The notes: generated by a model from the sequence alone, not told the origin. A DNA stretch of 64,000 bases from an uncultured candidatus Porisulfidus sp. (GCA_965215765.1 OZ244118.1:175292-239291); one strand, 5' to 3'. Counted from the stretch's first letter, positions 30,488 through 40,823 are shown. Numbers and translations are program-made.

Positions 30488-31665
30488 CTTTCTACCAGTC
30501 GTACGCGCTTGTTGTACCAGTTCAAAAATGCGGAAGTCAGCAAGCTCAAGGTTTCGTAAACGGCGACGGTCATGGCCATGATGATCAGTGCCTGTCCACT
30601 CTGGTTCAAAGCAATGCCTGACCAGAGATTCACCAGTTCCTCATAAGCGATTGCAACAGCCAGGGAGGAGTTTTTGATGATGTTCAGGTACTGGCTGATT
30701 GTGGGCGGGATAATCACGCGCAGGGCTTGCGGAATGATGATTAGTCGTAAATAGGTCAGCTTGCTTAGTCCCAGTGAGAGGGCGGCCTCTGTTTGACCGC
30801 TCTTGACGGATTGAATGCCGCCTCGCACGTTTTCGCCAATAAACGCCGCAGTGTAGACAGTCAGGGAAAACCAGAGCGCGAAAAGGGAAAGTGGCACTGA
30901 GAACCCACCGGCAAACGTGAAGGTCTCAAGTACAGGATACTCAAGAAGCAAGGGGTCGCCGGTCAAAAAATACGCCACTGTGCAGGTGGCGATCAGCCCG
31001 GCAATGAACAGAATCTTTTTCGGCAAACGGCTGATGTAGTCTCTTTTTTCCAACCGCCTCGTGCGCCGGTAAATACCCAAGGCAAGCAGGCAGGCAATAC
31101 CGGAAATGAAGAAAAACAAGCCAAGGTCTGCGGCAGGGTTCAATACCGGCAAAGGGGCAAAAAAGCCGCTGTTGTTTAAGTAAATGCCCGCGCCCAACTC
31201 ATAGCTTTCTCGTGGCGAAGGGAAAGCCGTCAGAAAAACCACGAAATACCAAAACATGACTTGCAAAAGCAGCGGGATGTTGCGGAACGTTTCAATGTAA
31301 ATCAAAGCGAAAAATGCCACAAACCAATTCGAGGAAATCCGCATGATTCCAATGAGCAAGCCGCCCAGGCTTGCCGTGAAAATTGAGAGCACGCTGACCA
31401 GCATGGTGTTTTGGACGCCGATGACAAAGACTTCCCAATAAGTGCTTTTACCCAGCTCAAAATCCCAGAAGGGGCTGAAAGACAAATTGAACGGGGCGAC
31501 TTCATACAAGAAGTCCAGGCTGACCTTTATGTTGCGGACTTGCAGGTTGTGCAAGGTGTTTTCGATCAGCGAGAGAACTGCCCACAGCAGAAGTCCTGCC
31601 ACAAGCACCTGGCTGATGATGCGCCGAACCAGCTGGAGACGCAGCCAAGACAGGTCGGGCGTCAT
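30484..31665 (-). CDS. aapQ: Amino-acid ABC transporter permease
   Basis: 393 aa multi-TM protein. AAFIGENVRGGIQSV.SGQTEAALSLGL permease signature. Confidence 0.88.
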   Translation of the reverse strand: MTPDLSWLRLQLVRRIISQVLVAGLLLWAVLSLIENTLHNLQVRNIKVSLDFLYEVAPFNLSFSPFWDFELGKSTYWEVFVIGVQNTMLVSVLSIFTASLGGLLIGIMRISSNWFVAFFALIYIETFRNIPLLLQVMFWYFVVFLTAFPSPRESYELGAGIYLNNSGFFAPLPVLNPAADLGLFFFISGIACLLALGIYRRTRRLEKRDYISRLPKKILFIAGLIATCTVAYFLTGDPLLLEYPVLETFTFAGGFSVPLSLFALWFSLTVYTAAFIGENVRGGIQSVKSGQTEAALSLGLSKLTYLRLIIIPQALRVIIPPTISQYLNIIKNSSLAVAIAYEELVNLWSGIALNQSGQALIIMAMTVAVYETLSLLTSAFLNWYNKRVRLVER

Positions 31666-31747
31666 GGATGCCTTCTGTTCGGCAATGCGCGCGTCAAAAC
31701 ATATCTGCCGCAGCTTGCCAGGGATGCGCTATGGGGTCTCCGCTTTG

Positions 31748-32752
31748 TTAGCGGATGGGGGGGGCGTAAAGCAGTCCTCCCTGGTTCCACAAGGCATTAG
31801 GGCTGCCTGCGCGTATCAAGCCGAGCGGTGCAATGTTTTTTTCGTATATCTCGCCGTAGTTTCCCACCTGCTTGATGATCCGAAAAGCCCATTCCTTGTC
31901 CAGACCCAAGCCTTTGCCAAGATTTCCTTCGGTGCCGAGCATGCGGCGAATTTCCGGATTCCGGGTTGTCTCTTTCAAGCGCTCCACGTTTTTTGAGTTC
32001 ACCCCGAGCTCCTCAGCGTTCATTAAAGCGTACAGGCTCCATCTCACGATGTTAAACCACTGCTCGTCACCTTGTTTGACTGCAGGGCCCAAGGGCTCTT
32101 TGGAAATCGTGGCAGCAAGAATGACTGAGTCGTCAGGGGATTTCAGTTCCGAGCGTATGGCCGCGAGTTGGGATTTGTCAGAAGTCAGAACATCGCACGA
32201 GCCTCGCTCATACCCTTCACGGGTTTGAACGGAAGTGTCGTAACCAACAGGGGTAAACTTCAACCCTCGAGAGCGGAAATAATCAGCCAGGTTCAATTCA
32301 GTGGTGGTTCCTGATTGCACACAAATCCTGGCGCCGTTCAGGTCTTCAACACGGGTGGTGCCAAGCTTTTTCGGCACCATAAACCCTTGTCCGTCAATGT
32401 AGTTGTAGTAAGTAAAGTAGATGCCATGGTCAGTATCTCTTTTCAGGGTATGTGTCGTGTTGCGTGACAGGATGTCTACTTCCCCCGAAGAAAGGGCGGT
32501 AAAACGTTCCTTGGCGTTGAGCGGCGTGAATCGTGTTTTTCTTGCGTCTCCGAGCACTGCTGCGGCTACTGCATAACAAACATCCGCATCAATCCCTCGC
32601 ATCAATCCCCGGTCGTCAGGTGCGGCGAACCCCGGGAGGCCACCATCTACCCCGCAACGCACAGTGCCACGCTTTTTGACATCATCAAGTGTGGCAGAAA
32701 ACGCGACAAAAGGTGCCACGAGCAAAACAAACAGAAACTTCATTCTCAACAT
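31748..32752 (-). CDS. aapJ: Amino-acid ABC transporter periplasmic substrate-binding protein
   Basis: 334 aa with a signal peptide. Family-3 SBP features (TLDDVKKRGTVRCGV, F.GFDADVC-like RGIDADVC). Confidence 0.88.
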   Translation of the reverse strand: MLRMKFLFVLLVAPFVAFSATLDDVKKRGTVRCGVDGGLPGFAAPDDRGLMRGIDADVCYAVAAAVLGDARKTRFTPLNAKERFTALSSGEVDILSRNTTHTLKRDTDHGIYFTYYNYIDGQGFMVPKKLGTTRVEDLNGARICVQSGTTTELNLADYFRSRGLKFTPVGYDTSVQTREGYERGSCDVLTSDKSQLAAIRSELKSPDDSVILAATISKEPLGPAVKQGDEQWFNIVRWSLYALMNAEELGVNSKNVERLKETTRNPEIRRMLGTEGNLGKGLGLDKEWAFRIIKQVGNYGEIYEKNIAPLGLIRAGSPNALWNQGGLLYAPPIR

Positions 32753-33077
32753 ACCGTCCTCCGGTTAATACTTTATTGTGCAGATGCCGGATTTGTTCCG
32801 ATACCTTCCTGAAGTATATCCCCTGAACGGCCCGAATGTGATCACTTGCAGTTCTTTGACGGGTCGGGGCGAAACCAGTCTCTTTGCACCAGTGCTTGCA
32901 AAGCCCCACGCAGCGAAGCCCATGCCAGAGTTGGGGGCGGCGGTTCTGCACGCCGTGCTTTTCTGCCAGGATGGCCTTGTGCGCTCGTGAGGAAGTTCCT
33001 TCTGAGCAAAGTTTTCAGTACTGAAACGCAAGCAAATATCTTTGTTCATGCTTGAGTTGTTGATGGCTTGGGACAGG

Positions 33078-33106
33078 TTGAGTTTGTAGTGGGGTTTTGG
33101 TATCAT
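33078..33106 (+). promoter_or_regulatory. Candidate sigma70 promoter for the T3SS sub-cluster
   Basis: TTGAGT (33078..33083), 17 nt spacer, TATCAT (33101..33106), about 40 nt upstream of the sctF ATG. A GGAG RBS lies near 33132. Confidence 0.35.
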
Positions 33107-33145
33107 ACGCATGTTGTCGTTAACGAAATATGGAGATAAAAGCAT

Positions 33146-33370
33146 ATGGCACTAAATTTTGATTCAGTTGCAAATACACTAGGAGCAGCTGCCAGCAAAC
33201 AAGAGACTGAGGTATCAGAATTCTCTAAGACCATGGATCCCACCAACATGCGGGATCAGGTTGTTTTCCAGCAAAAGTTCAACAAAATGATGCAGACATA
33301 CGAATTCACCGGGACTTTGATGAAGTCTTTGCGTGAAGTCAATGACTCGTTGATCAGGGACATCCAGTAA
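33146..33370 (+). CDS. sctF: Type III secretion needle filament protein (SctF/YscF-like)
   Basis: 74 aa two-helix protein. ...DPTN.... central turn and a C-terminal helix ...LMKSLREVNDSLIRDIQ, as in needle subunits. First gene of an F-G-I-J-K-L ordered block. Confidence 0.7.
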   Translation: MALNFDSVANTLGAAASKQETEVSEFSKTMDPTNMRDQVVFQQKFNKMMQTYEFTGTLMKSLREVNDSLIRDIQ

Positions 33371-33418
33371 CACGGAAAACCCTGAGAAGCAGGCTTGTAA
33401 GGCAGATATGGGGCAGGT

Positions 33419-33790
33419 ATGGAAGTAGGAACAGAGTGTTTGCAGTTGCTCGGAAAGGTAGGCTTTATGGCCTGCCTGGAAGAGTCTCTGCCTAAGGAAG
33501 CCGAAAAGATCTTTTCGGCGGCAGTTCTGGCCAGGCCGGATCAGCCTACTCCGTACATTGGCTTGGCACTGGCAAACATGGGGATCGGAAAATTTTCAGA
33601 CGCCGTTGAGTTGCTCAAGGATAAGGCTTTGAAACTCGATCCGGAACATGACCGCGCAAAGGTTCTGTTGTCTATGGCACTTAAACTGGATGGTCGGAAT
33701 TCCGAAAGCCAGGCGTTGCTGGAAGAGTGCATGAAAAGTGATGACGACAGAGCCAAAGATCTGGCTACCAATCTGTTTGATCAGAAATGA
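33419..33790 (+). CDS. TPR-like T3SS needle-subunit chaperone (YscG/PscG-like)
   Basis: 123 aa all-helical TPR-like sequence (AEKIFSAAVLARPDQPTPYIGLALANMGIGKFSDAVELL). Sits immediately after sctF, as yscG does. Confidence 0.5.
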   Translation: MEVGTECLQLLGKVGFMACLEESLPKEAEKIFSAAVLARPDQPTPYIGLALANMGIGKFSDAVELLKDKALKLDPEHDRAKVLLSMALKLDGRNSESQALLEECMKSDDDRAKDLATNLFDQK

Positions 33791-33893
33791 TTGAGAGCGA
33801 CAGAAAACAAAGCGGCGTGGCAATTGATTGTTGCGCGTTTGCGGATGGTTCTCTCAACCGGACTTTAGATACACAAGAAGAGGTTAAGTAACG

Positions 33894-34328
33894 ATGATAC
33901 AGAATGTTGCACAAAACATTGCACAAAAGCTTACTGAAAAAACTACGGAGGGCGTGGGGAAAGCCGGTGTCCAGAATTCGGCGCAGGTAAGCTCTGCCGA
34001 TTCCGACAAGTTTATGAATCTCATGCAGCAGACCCAGGCAGGGCCTTCAAGTCAGGGGCAACAACTTTCGGCGGGTTCCGTCGGGCAAGCGCATAGCAAA
34101 ACGATAGGGGAGCGGATCCTTGATGGTATTGCAAATACCGCGCAAAGTCAGGAATCCAAATATCAGAATGCCATGGGTGGTATCATGGACGTCTCAAAAA
34201 CCGGCATGTCTCCGGGAGACATTTTGCACGCACAAGTCGGGTTGATGAAGGTTCAAACCATGCAGCAAGCGGAAGGCAAGGTGGTGAGCAAGGTTGACCA
34301 AACAGTCGAGAACCTTCTTAAAGGCTGA
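33894..34328 (+). CDS. sctI: T3SS inner rod protein (SctI/YscI-like)
   Basis: 144 aa Gln/Ser-rich protein with a C-terminal amphipathic helix (...DILHAQVGLMKVQTMQQAEGKVVSKVDQTVENLLKG). Sits between the chaperone and sctJ. Confidence 0.55.
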   Translation: MIQNVAQNIAQKLTEKTTEGVGKAGVQNSAQVSSADSDKFMNLMQQTQAGPSSQGQQLSAGSVGQAHSKTIGERILDGIANTAQSQESKYQNAMGGIMDVSKTGMSPGDILHAQVGLMKVQTMQQAEGKVVSKVDQTVENLLKG

Positions 34329-35905
34329 TCTTTACTGCTTCACGTACTAAAGCAGAAAAAAACTTCATGAGCGGGTGATGCCTGCGCCCTCATTTGGTCA
34401 TAGCGTTTCATGCGTTGACACCTAAGCCGATTCACTGATCCTTCTCCTGTCGCACCGGCTCGACACATCAGTCGTTGATGCTGACGCGACACGCTCCGAG
34501 CAGCAAGCGGAAGGCAAGGTGGTGAGCAAGGTTGACCAAACAGTCGAGAACCTTCTTAAGGGCTGATCTTTACTGCTTCACGTACTAAAGCAGAAAAAAA
34601 CTTCATGAGCGGGTGATGCCTGCGCCCTCATTTGGTCATAGCGTTTCACGCATTGACACCTAAGCCGATTCACTGATCCTTCTCCATGTCGCACCGGCTC
34701 GACTCATCAATCGTTGATGCTGACGCGACACACTCCGAGCAGCAAGCGGAAGGCAAGGTGGTGAGCAAGGTTGACCAAACAGTTGAGAACCTTCTTAAGG
34801 GCTGATCTTTACTGCTTCACGTACTAAAGCAGAAAAAAACTTCATGAGCGGGTGATGCTTGCCCCCTCATTTGGTCATAGCACTTCACGCGTTGACACCT
34901 AAGCCGATTCACTGACCCTTCTCCTGTCGCACCGGCTCGACTCATCAGTCGTTGATGCTGACGCGACACACTCCGGGCAGCAAGCGGAAGGCAAGGTGGT
35001 GAGCAAGGTTGACCAAACAGTTGAGAACCTTCTTAAGGGCTGATCTTTACTGCTTCACGTACTAAAACAGAAAAAAACTTCATGAGCGGGTGATGCCTGC
35101 GCCCTCATTTGGTCATAGCACTTCACGCGTTGACACCTAAGCCGATTCGCTGACCCTTCTCCTGTCGCACCGGCTTGACTCATCAGTCGTTGATGCTGAC
35201 GCGACACACGCCGAGCGGCAAGCGGAAGGCAAGGTGGTGAGCAAGGTTGACCCAACAGTCGAGAATCTTCTTAAGGGCTGATCTTTACTGCTTCACGTAC
35301 AAAAGCAGAAAAAAACTTCATGAGCGGGTGATGCCTGCGCCCTCATTTGGTCATAGCTTTTCACGCGTTGACACCTAAGCCGATTTACTGCCCCTTCTCC
35401 ATGTCGCACCGGCTCGACACGCTCCGGGCAGCAAGCGGAAGGCAAGGTGGTGAGCAAGGGTGACCAAACAGTTGAGAACCTTCTTAAGGGCTGATCTTTA
35501 CTGCTTCACGTACTAAAGCAGAAAAAAACTTCATGAGCGGGTGATGCCTGCGCCCTCATTTGGTCATAGCTTTTCACGCGTTGACACCTAAGCCGATTTA
35601 CTGACCCTTCTCCATGTCGCACCGGATCGACTCATCAGTCGTTGATGCTGACGCGACACGCTCCGGGCAGCAAGCGGAAGGCAAGGTGGTGAGCAAGGTT
35701 GACCCAACAGTCGAGAATCTTCTTAAGGGCTGATCTTTACTGCTCCACGTACTAAAGCAGAAAAAAACTTCATGAGCGGGTGATGCTCGCGCCCTCATTT
35801 GGTCATAGCGTTTCACGCGTTGACACCTAAGCCGATTCACTGATCCTTCTTCATGTCGCACCGGCTCGACTCATCAATCGTTGATGCTGACGCGACACGC
35901 TCCGA
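34262..35905. repeat. Tandem array (238-239 bp unit, 7 copies) of the sctI 3' end plus downstream spacer
   Basis: gc(a/g)gcaagcggaaggcaaggtggtgagcaagg recurs at 34262 (genuine gene end), 34500, 34739, 34977, 35215, 35428 and 35667. One unit is 213 bp because of a ~25 bp deletion. Confidence 0.95.
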
Positions 35906-36042
35906 TGTGGCATTATGAGCCGCTACTAAAAAACTGATAAAAGCCATTTAGCAATTGTCTGTTTAGCCCGCGATGATGCCCCGTCATGGGCGGTGTTGCC
36001 CATGAGTAAAAATCACTCACGGGTTTGGTGCCGGGTGAAGTG

Positions 36043-36924
36043 ATGAAATTGCACAAATACAAATCAGCCTTGAAGTACTTTCTTGTAATTTTCGTTGTCG
36101 TGCTCCTTTCGGGCTGCAAGACGGAGCTGTACTCAAAGCTTTCGGAACAGGAAGGCAATGAAATGTTGGCACTACTTTTGACAGAAGGTGTCAGCGCAGA
36201 AAAAGAAACAGACAAAAAAGGGTTGGTCAGCATTCTTGTTGATGAAAACGAAATCGCCGTATCTGTGGAAGTTTTGACGAATCATGGTTACCCAAAAAAC
36301 AAGTTTCAGACCTTCGGAGATATTTATAAACAGGAAGGGCTGGTCTTTTCGCCGCTACAGGAAAAAGCGCGCTACATATACGCCTTGTCTCAGGAAATTT
36401 CCGGGACACTCGCTAAAATAGACGGCGTGCTGGTGGCTCGTGTCCACGTCGTGTTGGCAGAAGAAACGCACCCTGGTCAAATCGGTATTCCGGCTTCTGC
36501 CTCGGTATTCGTTAAACACGTGCCGGATGTTTCGCTTGACCACATGATCCCGAGTATCAAAAGCATCGTGACCAATGCGATTGAAGGGCTCAGCTATGAA
36601 AAGGTTTCTGTCTCCTTGTTTCCTGCCGCGGAGCAGGTTCTGGAACGAAATCTCTTGCCACAACAAGTGCTGTTTTTTCTGAACGTATCGAAAGAATCCG
36701 TTACTTCCTTATACGTCCTGTTTGGCACGATGCTTTTACTGATTCTGCTTTTGGCGGCGAGCACCTGGTTTATGCTTGTCAACTTTGGCGGTGAAGCGAA
36801 GACCCTGCTTTCGAAGAAGCTCGGGTTCGGTTCGCGAACACCAGAAGAAAACGCGGGCACAGACCAAGGCGATGATGCTGGCGAAACGGCAAGCAAAGTT
36901 GCGCCGGATTCGGGAAAGAATTAG
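36043..36924 (+). CDS. sctJ: T3SS inner-membrane ring lipoprotein SctJ (YscJ/HrcJ/PrgK family)
   Basis: ATG 36043 gives MKLHKYKSALKYFLVIFVVVLLSGC (lipobox). It is followed by ELYSKLSEQEGNEMLALLL..GV.AEK and a C-terminal TM segment. Confidence 0.9.
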   Translation: MKLHKYKSALKYFLVIFVVVLLSGCKTELYSKLSEQEGNEMLALLLTEGVSAEKETDKKGLVSILVDENEIAVSVEVLTNHGYPKNKFQTFGDIYKQEGLVFSPLQEKARYIYALSQEISGTLAKIDGVLVARVHVVLAEETHPGQIGIPASASVFVKHVPDVSLDHMIPSIKSIVTNAIEGLSYEKVSVSLFPAAEQVLERNLLPQQVLFFLNVSKESVTSLYVLFGTMLLLILLLAASTWFMLVNFGGEAKTLLSKKLGFGSRTPEENAGTDQGDDAGETASKVAPDSGKN

Positions 36925-36941
36925 CCTGGTGTCTACGCTTC

Positions 36942-37625
36942 GTGTTTCCTGAACCCGACACCAACACACTGTTTCCCCTACCCTTGATGGTGGTTCAGTT
37001 CAATTATTTTCCGTCTTCTTACGCTGATGAAAGCTGGTGGAGCGCTTTCAAGCTGATGAATATTTACAAAAAGCTTGCGAAAAGACCACAGACGCATCGG
37101 CGGCTTTCCAGAGCTTTGCTGGAACAGTTGAAAATTAGCGGCCAATACGACTTTGATTTTGATCATAAAACCAAAAAGCTGGCTCTTCTTCCAGCCAGTG
37201 ACTTGCGCAGGCTGATAAGAGTGTTGGGCCTGGTTTCACACTCGGCACAGTTGCGTCGGATTGTGCTCGGCTCTGAATTGAAACGCTTGCATGAATTCGT
37301 CAGCAAAGAAGATCACAGCCTGGCTTTGCGATTGTCCTTTGCCTGCGAAGGTCGTTTCCCCCCGGTATCTGCGGAGTTGTCTCAAGATGGGCTGGTTGGA
37401 GCGATTGCTTCACACGTGGAAGAGCGTGGCCTGTCAATTTTGGACAAGGCTTTTGGGGCTGGCCTTTCCGGAGCGTTTGTTAAACGTTTTCTGCTAAAAA
37501 TGCCGAAGCATCTGGATGGTTCCCACAGCCAGGATTTTGCGAACGTCCCGCTTCGCTGGCTGGAAAATTTTGCTGTAAAAACCATGGTCTCCATGAACCC
37601 GAAATGGCGCACTTTGCTCTCCTGA
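36942..37625 (+). CDS. sctK: T3SS sorting-platform protein SctK (YscK-like)
   Basis: 227 aa, GTG start. By recall it is collinear with YscK (FNYFPSSY... ; LALLPASDLRRLIRVLGLVSHSAQLRRIVLGSELKRL). Sits between sctJ and sctL. Confidence 0.6.
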   Translation: MFPEPDTNTLFPLPLMVVQFNYFPSSYADESWWSAFKLMNIYKKLAKRPQTHRRLSRALLEQLKISGQYDFDFDHKTKKLALLPASDLRRLIRVLGLVSHSAQLRRIVLGSELKRLHEFVSKEDHSLALRLSFACEGRFPPVSAELSQDGLVGAIASHVEERGLSILDKAFGAGLSGAFVKRFLLKMPKHLDGSHSQDFANVPLRWLENFAVKTMVSMNPKWRTLLS

Positions 37626-38224
37626 AATCCAATACATTGCGTCCGGTTCCAGGTCAGCGTCTGCTGAAGAAATCGGACTATGAAGTTTTTCGCGAATCCG
37701 AACAGCTGTTGGCCGAGGCAAGAGCTCAGGCTGAGGAAATAAGAAATCAGGCACGCGCCGAATACGAGGCTGAAAAAAAACGTGGCTACCAGGAAGGAGA
37801 AAAGCAGGCTCAGATGGAACTGAGCGAAAAAATGTTCGACATGGCGGCGGGCACGGTGGACTATTTTGCAAATATAGAGGGGGAAGTCACTGAAATTGTT
37901 TTGACTTCCGTCCGAAGAGTGCTGGACTCTTTCAGCGATGATGACCTGGTTGTGAAAGCTACCCGTAAAGTGCTGCATGCCTTAAGTGGCGAAAGGCACA
38001 TCAAGATGCGCGTGTCTCCAGACATTGAAGAAAAGGTGACGGAACGCATTGTTGAAATCTTGGAGGGATTGCCGCACTCCACATTCCTGGAAGTGGTGTC
38101 CGACGCCCGCCTCTCAGGTTCCGGGTGTATTTTGGAAAGCGAGTTGGGAACCGTTGAGTCGAGTGTTGATTTGCAATTTCAAGCACTTGAAAAGAGCTTG
38201 AGAAAACGTTTTGAGAGAAAATAG
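37604..38224 (+). CDS. sctL: T3SS stator protein SctL (YscL/HrpE, FliH-like)
   Basis: 206 aa. Charged coiled-coil N-terminal half (AEARAQAEEIRNQARAEYEAEKKRGYQEGEKQ) and a FliH-like C-terminal domain. Overlaps the sctK end. Confidence 0.8.
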   Translation: MAHFALLKSNTLRPVPGQRLLKKSDYEVFRESEQLLAEARAQAEEIRNQARAEYEAEKKRGYQEGEKQAQMELSEKMFDMAAGTVDYFANIEGEVTEIVLTSVRRVLDSFSDDDLVVKATRKVLHALSGERHIKMRVSPDIEEKVTERIVEILEGLPHSTFLEVVSDARLSGSGCILESELGTVESSVDLQFQALEKSLRKRFERK

Positions 38225-38566
38225 AAAAGCCCCACCAGCGGCTAAATGAACTGTGGCTGGAGCCGTGATGAGACCTGGCCGTCAAATTTTGGAGCCAATG
38301 TCTGATCGCCATCCGGAAAATGAAATGTCGAGCGCAAACTCCGCCTCTAAGTGAGTTCCTCCAGAGAAAATCTTGCCGGTTGGGGGCTGACACCGGACTG
38401 GCTGTGTTGCTACGGTGGGGACAAGCCAAAGCCCCTTGTTTATGCGCTTGCCTTGGTCGGGGTTTGTCGCGCCCCGAAACGAGCCGGGAACAAGTTTTTT
38501 GGATATATGGCTACAATGGCTTGTTTCAGGTGACATTCCTGAACCCTGATCTCTCCAACGCCAAGA

Positions 38567-39043
38567 ATGGTGCAAAAAGACGAATATTTCATGCAACTCG
38601 CTTATGATCAGGCACTGAAGGCCGAACGCGAGGGGGAAGTGCCGGTCGGAGCTGTGGTGGTGCATGGAGAAAAGCTGATCGCTTGCGGGCACAACCTGAC
38701 TGTTTTTAATCACGATGCATCTGCGCACGCCGAAATTATGGCTCTGCGTTCTGCCGGTCATGCCCGCTCCAATCACCGTTTGGCAGGATGTGAGCTTTTT
38801 GTAACTTTGGAACCCTGCGTGATGTGCCTTGGCGCAATTGTCCAAGCCCGTTTGAAGCGTGTGGTCTTCGGAGCCACGGATCCTAAAAGCGGATCGCTTG
38901 GAGGTGCTCTTGACCTGCGTGACAGCCATGCTTTCAATCACGAGATTCAAGTCAACAGTGGCATACTCGCCGCGCAATGTGGCAACCTCCTTGAAAAGTT
39001 TTTTCTGTCCCGCCGCAAAAAAAAGCACAAACAAAAGCTCTGA
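38567..39043 (+). CDS. tadA: tRNA-specific adenosine deaminase
   Basis: 158 aa. CDA motifs HAEIMALR and TLEPCVMCLGAI. Confidence 0.92.
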   Translation: MVQKDEYFMQLAYDQALKAEREGEVPVGAVVVHGEKLIACGHNLTVFNHDASAHAEIMALRSAGHARSNHRLAGCELFVTLEPCVMCLGAIVQARLKRVVFGATDPKSGSLGGALDLRDSHAFNHEIQVNSGILAAQCGNLLEKFFLSRRKKKHKQKL

Positions 39044-39151
39044 GCTATAATGTGTAGCGTAAAAGGTCGTGGCAGCTTCATCCTTGGCAGAAAAAATGAA
39101 AGGGGAGCAGTCTCGGGCTAAGTAAGGAGTTAACTCTACACAACGAGCGGA

Positions 39152-39829
39152 TTGATTATGGTTTCACTGGACGCATTCATTTCTGCCTGCCAGCAGGCAA
39201 GAGAAACAGGAGGGGACATCCGCATCAATCAGTCAGGTGTTCCCTATCACACCACTAGCCGGTTGCCGCGTTTCATGGCCAAGTTGGTAATGTGGTTCAA
39301 GGATCGGTGTGCGCCAAAAAGAGCCGCGCGGGAATACGAGGAAGTCACAAAAAACTTGAATGCCTATATTCAAGAAAACAGATTGCAGCCCGATTCCATG
39401 ATTCCCCAGCCCCAGATCAGGCACAATTCAGGACGGGAAGCCTTTCTTGAAGACTTGGATGGGTATCTGCGCGAGGTCAAAGTGGTCAAGGATGACCGCT
39501 CTCGCGTTGTTGTCTTGCGAAGCTATTTTGATACTCTTGATTCTATGGTGGGATCAAGCAAAGGGGATGTTAATGGCGTGCAAAGGCGTAGAAACTTTGA
39601 AAACTTCTGTCGCAGCATCCATGAGGGAGGTCGGTATAACGATGATAGCGGGGAACTCCACTTCCGGTATATTGCCAGCGCCTACGAGATGAGTGCCCAC
39701 ACGCCTGAGAGCATAAAAGGAAAGACAAGCCGGTTGGATTCCTTGCGCTCTATTCCCAGGGGCGAGAGTGATACCCTTGTAAACGACTACCACAAAATTA
39801 CCAGCCGGGACACCGAGACCGAGCTATAG
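39152..39829 (+). CDS. Hypothetical protein (orphan)
   Basis: 225-aa ORF. The likely start is the ATG at 39158. No signal peptide, TM segment or recognisable motif. Confidence 0.45.
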   Translation: MIMVSLDAFISACQQARETGGDIRINQSGVPYHTTSRLPRFMAKLVMWFKDRCAPKRAAREYEEVTKNLNAYIQENRLQPDSMIPQPQIRHNSGREAFLEDLDGYLREVKVVKDDRSRVVVLRSYFDTLDSMVGSSKGDVNGVQRRRNFENFCRSIHEGGRYNDDSGELHFRYIASAYEMSAHTPESIKGKTSRLDSLRSIPRGESDTLVNDYHKITSRDTETEL

Positions 39830-40052
39830 CTTCTTCTCGTCTTCTGTCGAAACAGCCGAAGATCGACACAGAAAAAACCTGAGAAACAATGGAATGCCCG
39901 CATTCTTCCTGTGTTTTCTTGCGGCACATCGGTGACCCCGAAAAGAGGTGACAGGCGTACGCTTGGCCGAAGGACTATGGTTTCGGCGTGTGCAGAAACA
40001 TCACGCGAGCTGTTGCCTTTAAGGGCATAAGAATTTTACAGAACCTTAAAAA

Positions 40053-40823
40053 ATGCGCATCATCTCTCTTAACGCCAACGGGATCCGGGCTGCTGCGCGC
40101 AAGGGGTTTTTCCAGTGGCTCTCACGGCAACGTGCGGACATAGTTTGCTTGCAAGAAATCCGGGCACAAGTCGAGCAAATTGTTGAGCCGATTTATCACC
40201 CCAAGTCTTACCATTGCAAGTATTTGCCGTCTGCGCTCAAAAAGGGCTACAGCGGAGTTGCTGTGTTTTCTCGCATCCAGCCTGAAGACTGGGTCGAAAA
40301 ATTCGGGAGCGTGGAGTTTGATAACGATGGTCGCTATCTGGAGGCTCGATTCCCCGAATTTTCCGTGATCTCCCTTTATATGCCTTCCGGCTCATCAGCG
40401 CCTGAGAGGCAGGAAGCCAAGTATCGCTTTATGGACACTTTTGAACACTTGCTGCAATCTTTCCGTAATACCGGGCGGCACTACATTATTTGTGGCGACT
40501 GGAACATTGCGCACAAAGAGGTGGACTTGAAAAACTGGCGCGGGAACCTGAAAAATTCCGGGTTTCTTCCCGAAGAACGTAGCTGGATGGATCACGTTTT
40601 ATACGAACTGGGCTTTAACGATGCCTTTCGCGAAGTTTGCCCGCTCACTGACCAATATACCTGGTGGTCAAACCGTGGGCAGGCGCGTGCGAACAATGTT
40701 GGGTGGCGCATCGATTACCAGATTACATCGCCTGGATTAAAAGGAAAATCCCTCAGCGCCCGTATTTACAAGGGGAAGTTTTTTTCTGACCATGCTCCTC
40801 TGATCTTAGACTACGCCATTTAG
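40053..40823 (+). CDS. xthA: Exodeoxyribonuclease III
   Basis: 256 aa. MRIISLNANGIRAA, DIVCLQE, GDWNIAH and SDHAPL motifs of the EEP AP-endonuclease family. Confidence 0.93.
   Translation: MRIISLNANGIRAAARKGFFQWLSRQRADIVCLQEIRAQVEQIVEPIYHPKSYHCKYLPSALKKGYSGVAVFSRIQPEDWVEKFGSVEFDNDGRYLEARFPEFSVISLYMPSGSSAPERQEAKYRFMDTFEHLLQSFRNTGRHYIICGDWNIAHKEVDLKNWRGNLKNSGFLPEERSWMDHVLYELGFNDAFREVCPLTDQYTWWSNRGQARANNVGWRIDYQITSPGLKGKSLSARIYKGKFFSDHAPLILDYAI

Noticed and set aside
38282-39034. 250-aa minus-strand ORF
   Set aside because: It is antisense to tadA, which has clear deaminase motifs. It has no recognisable features.
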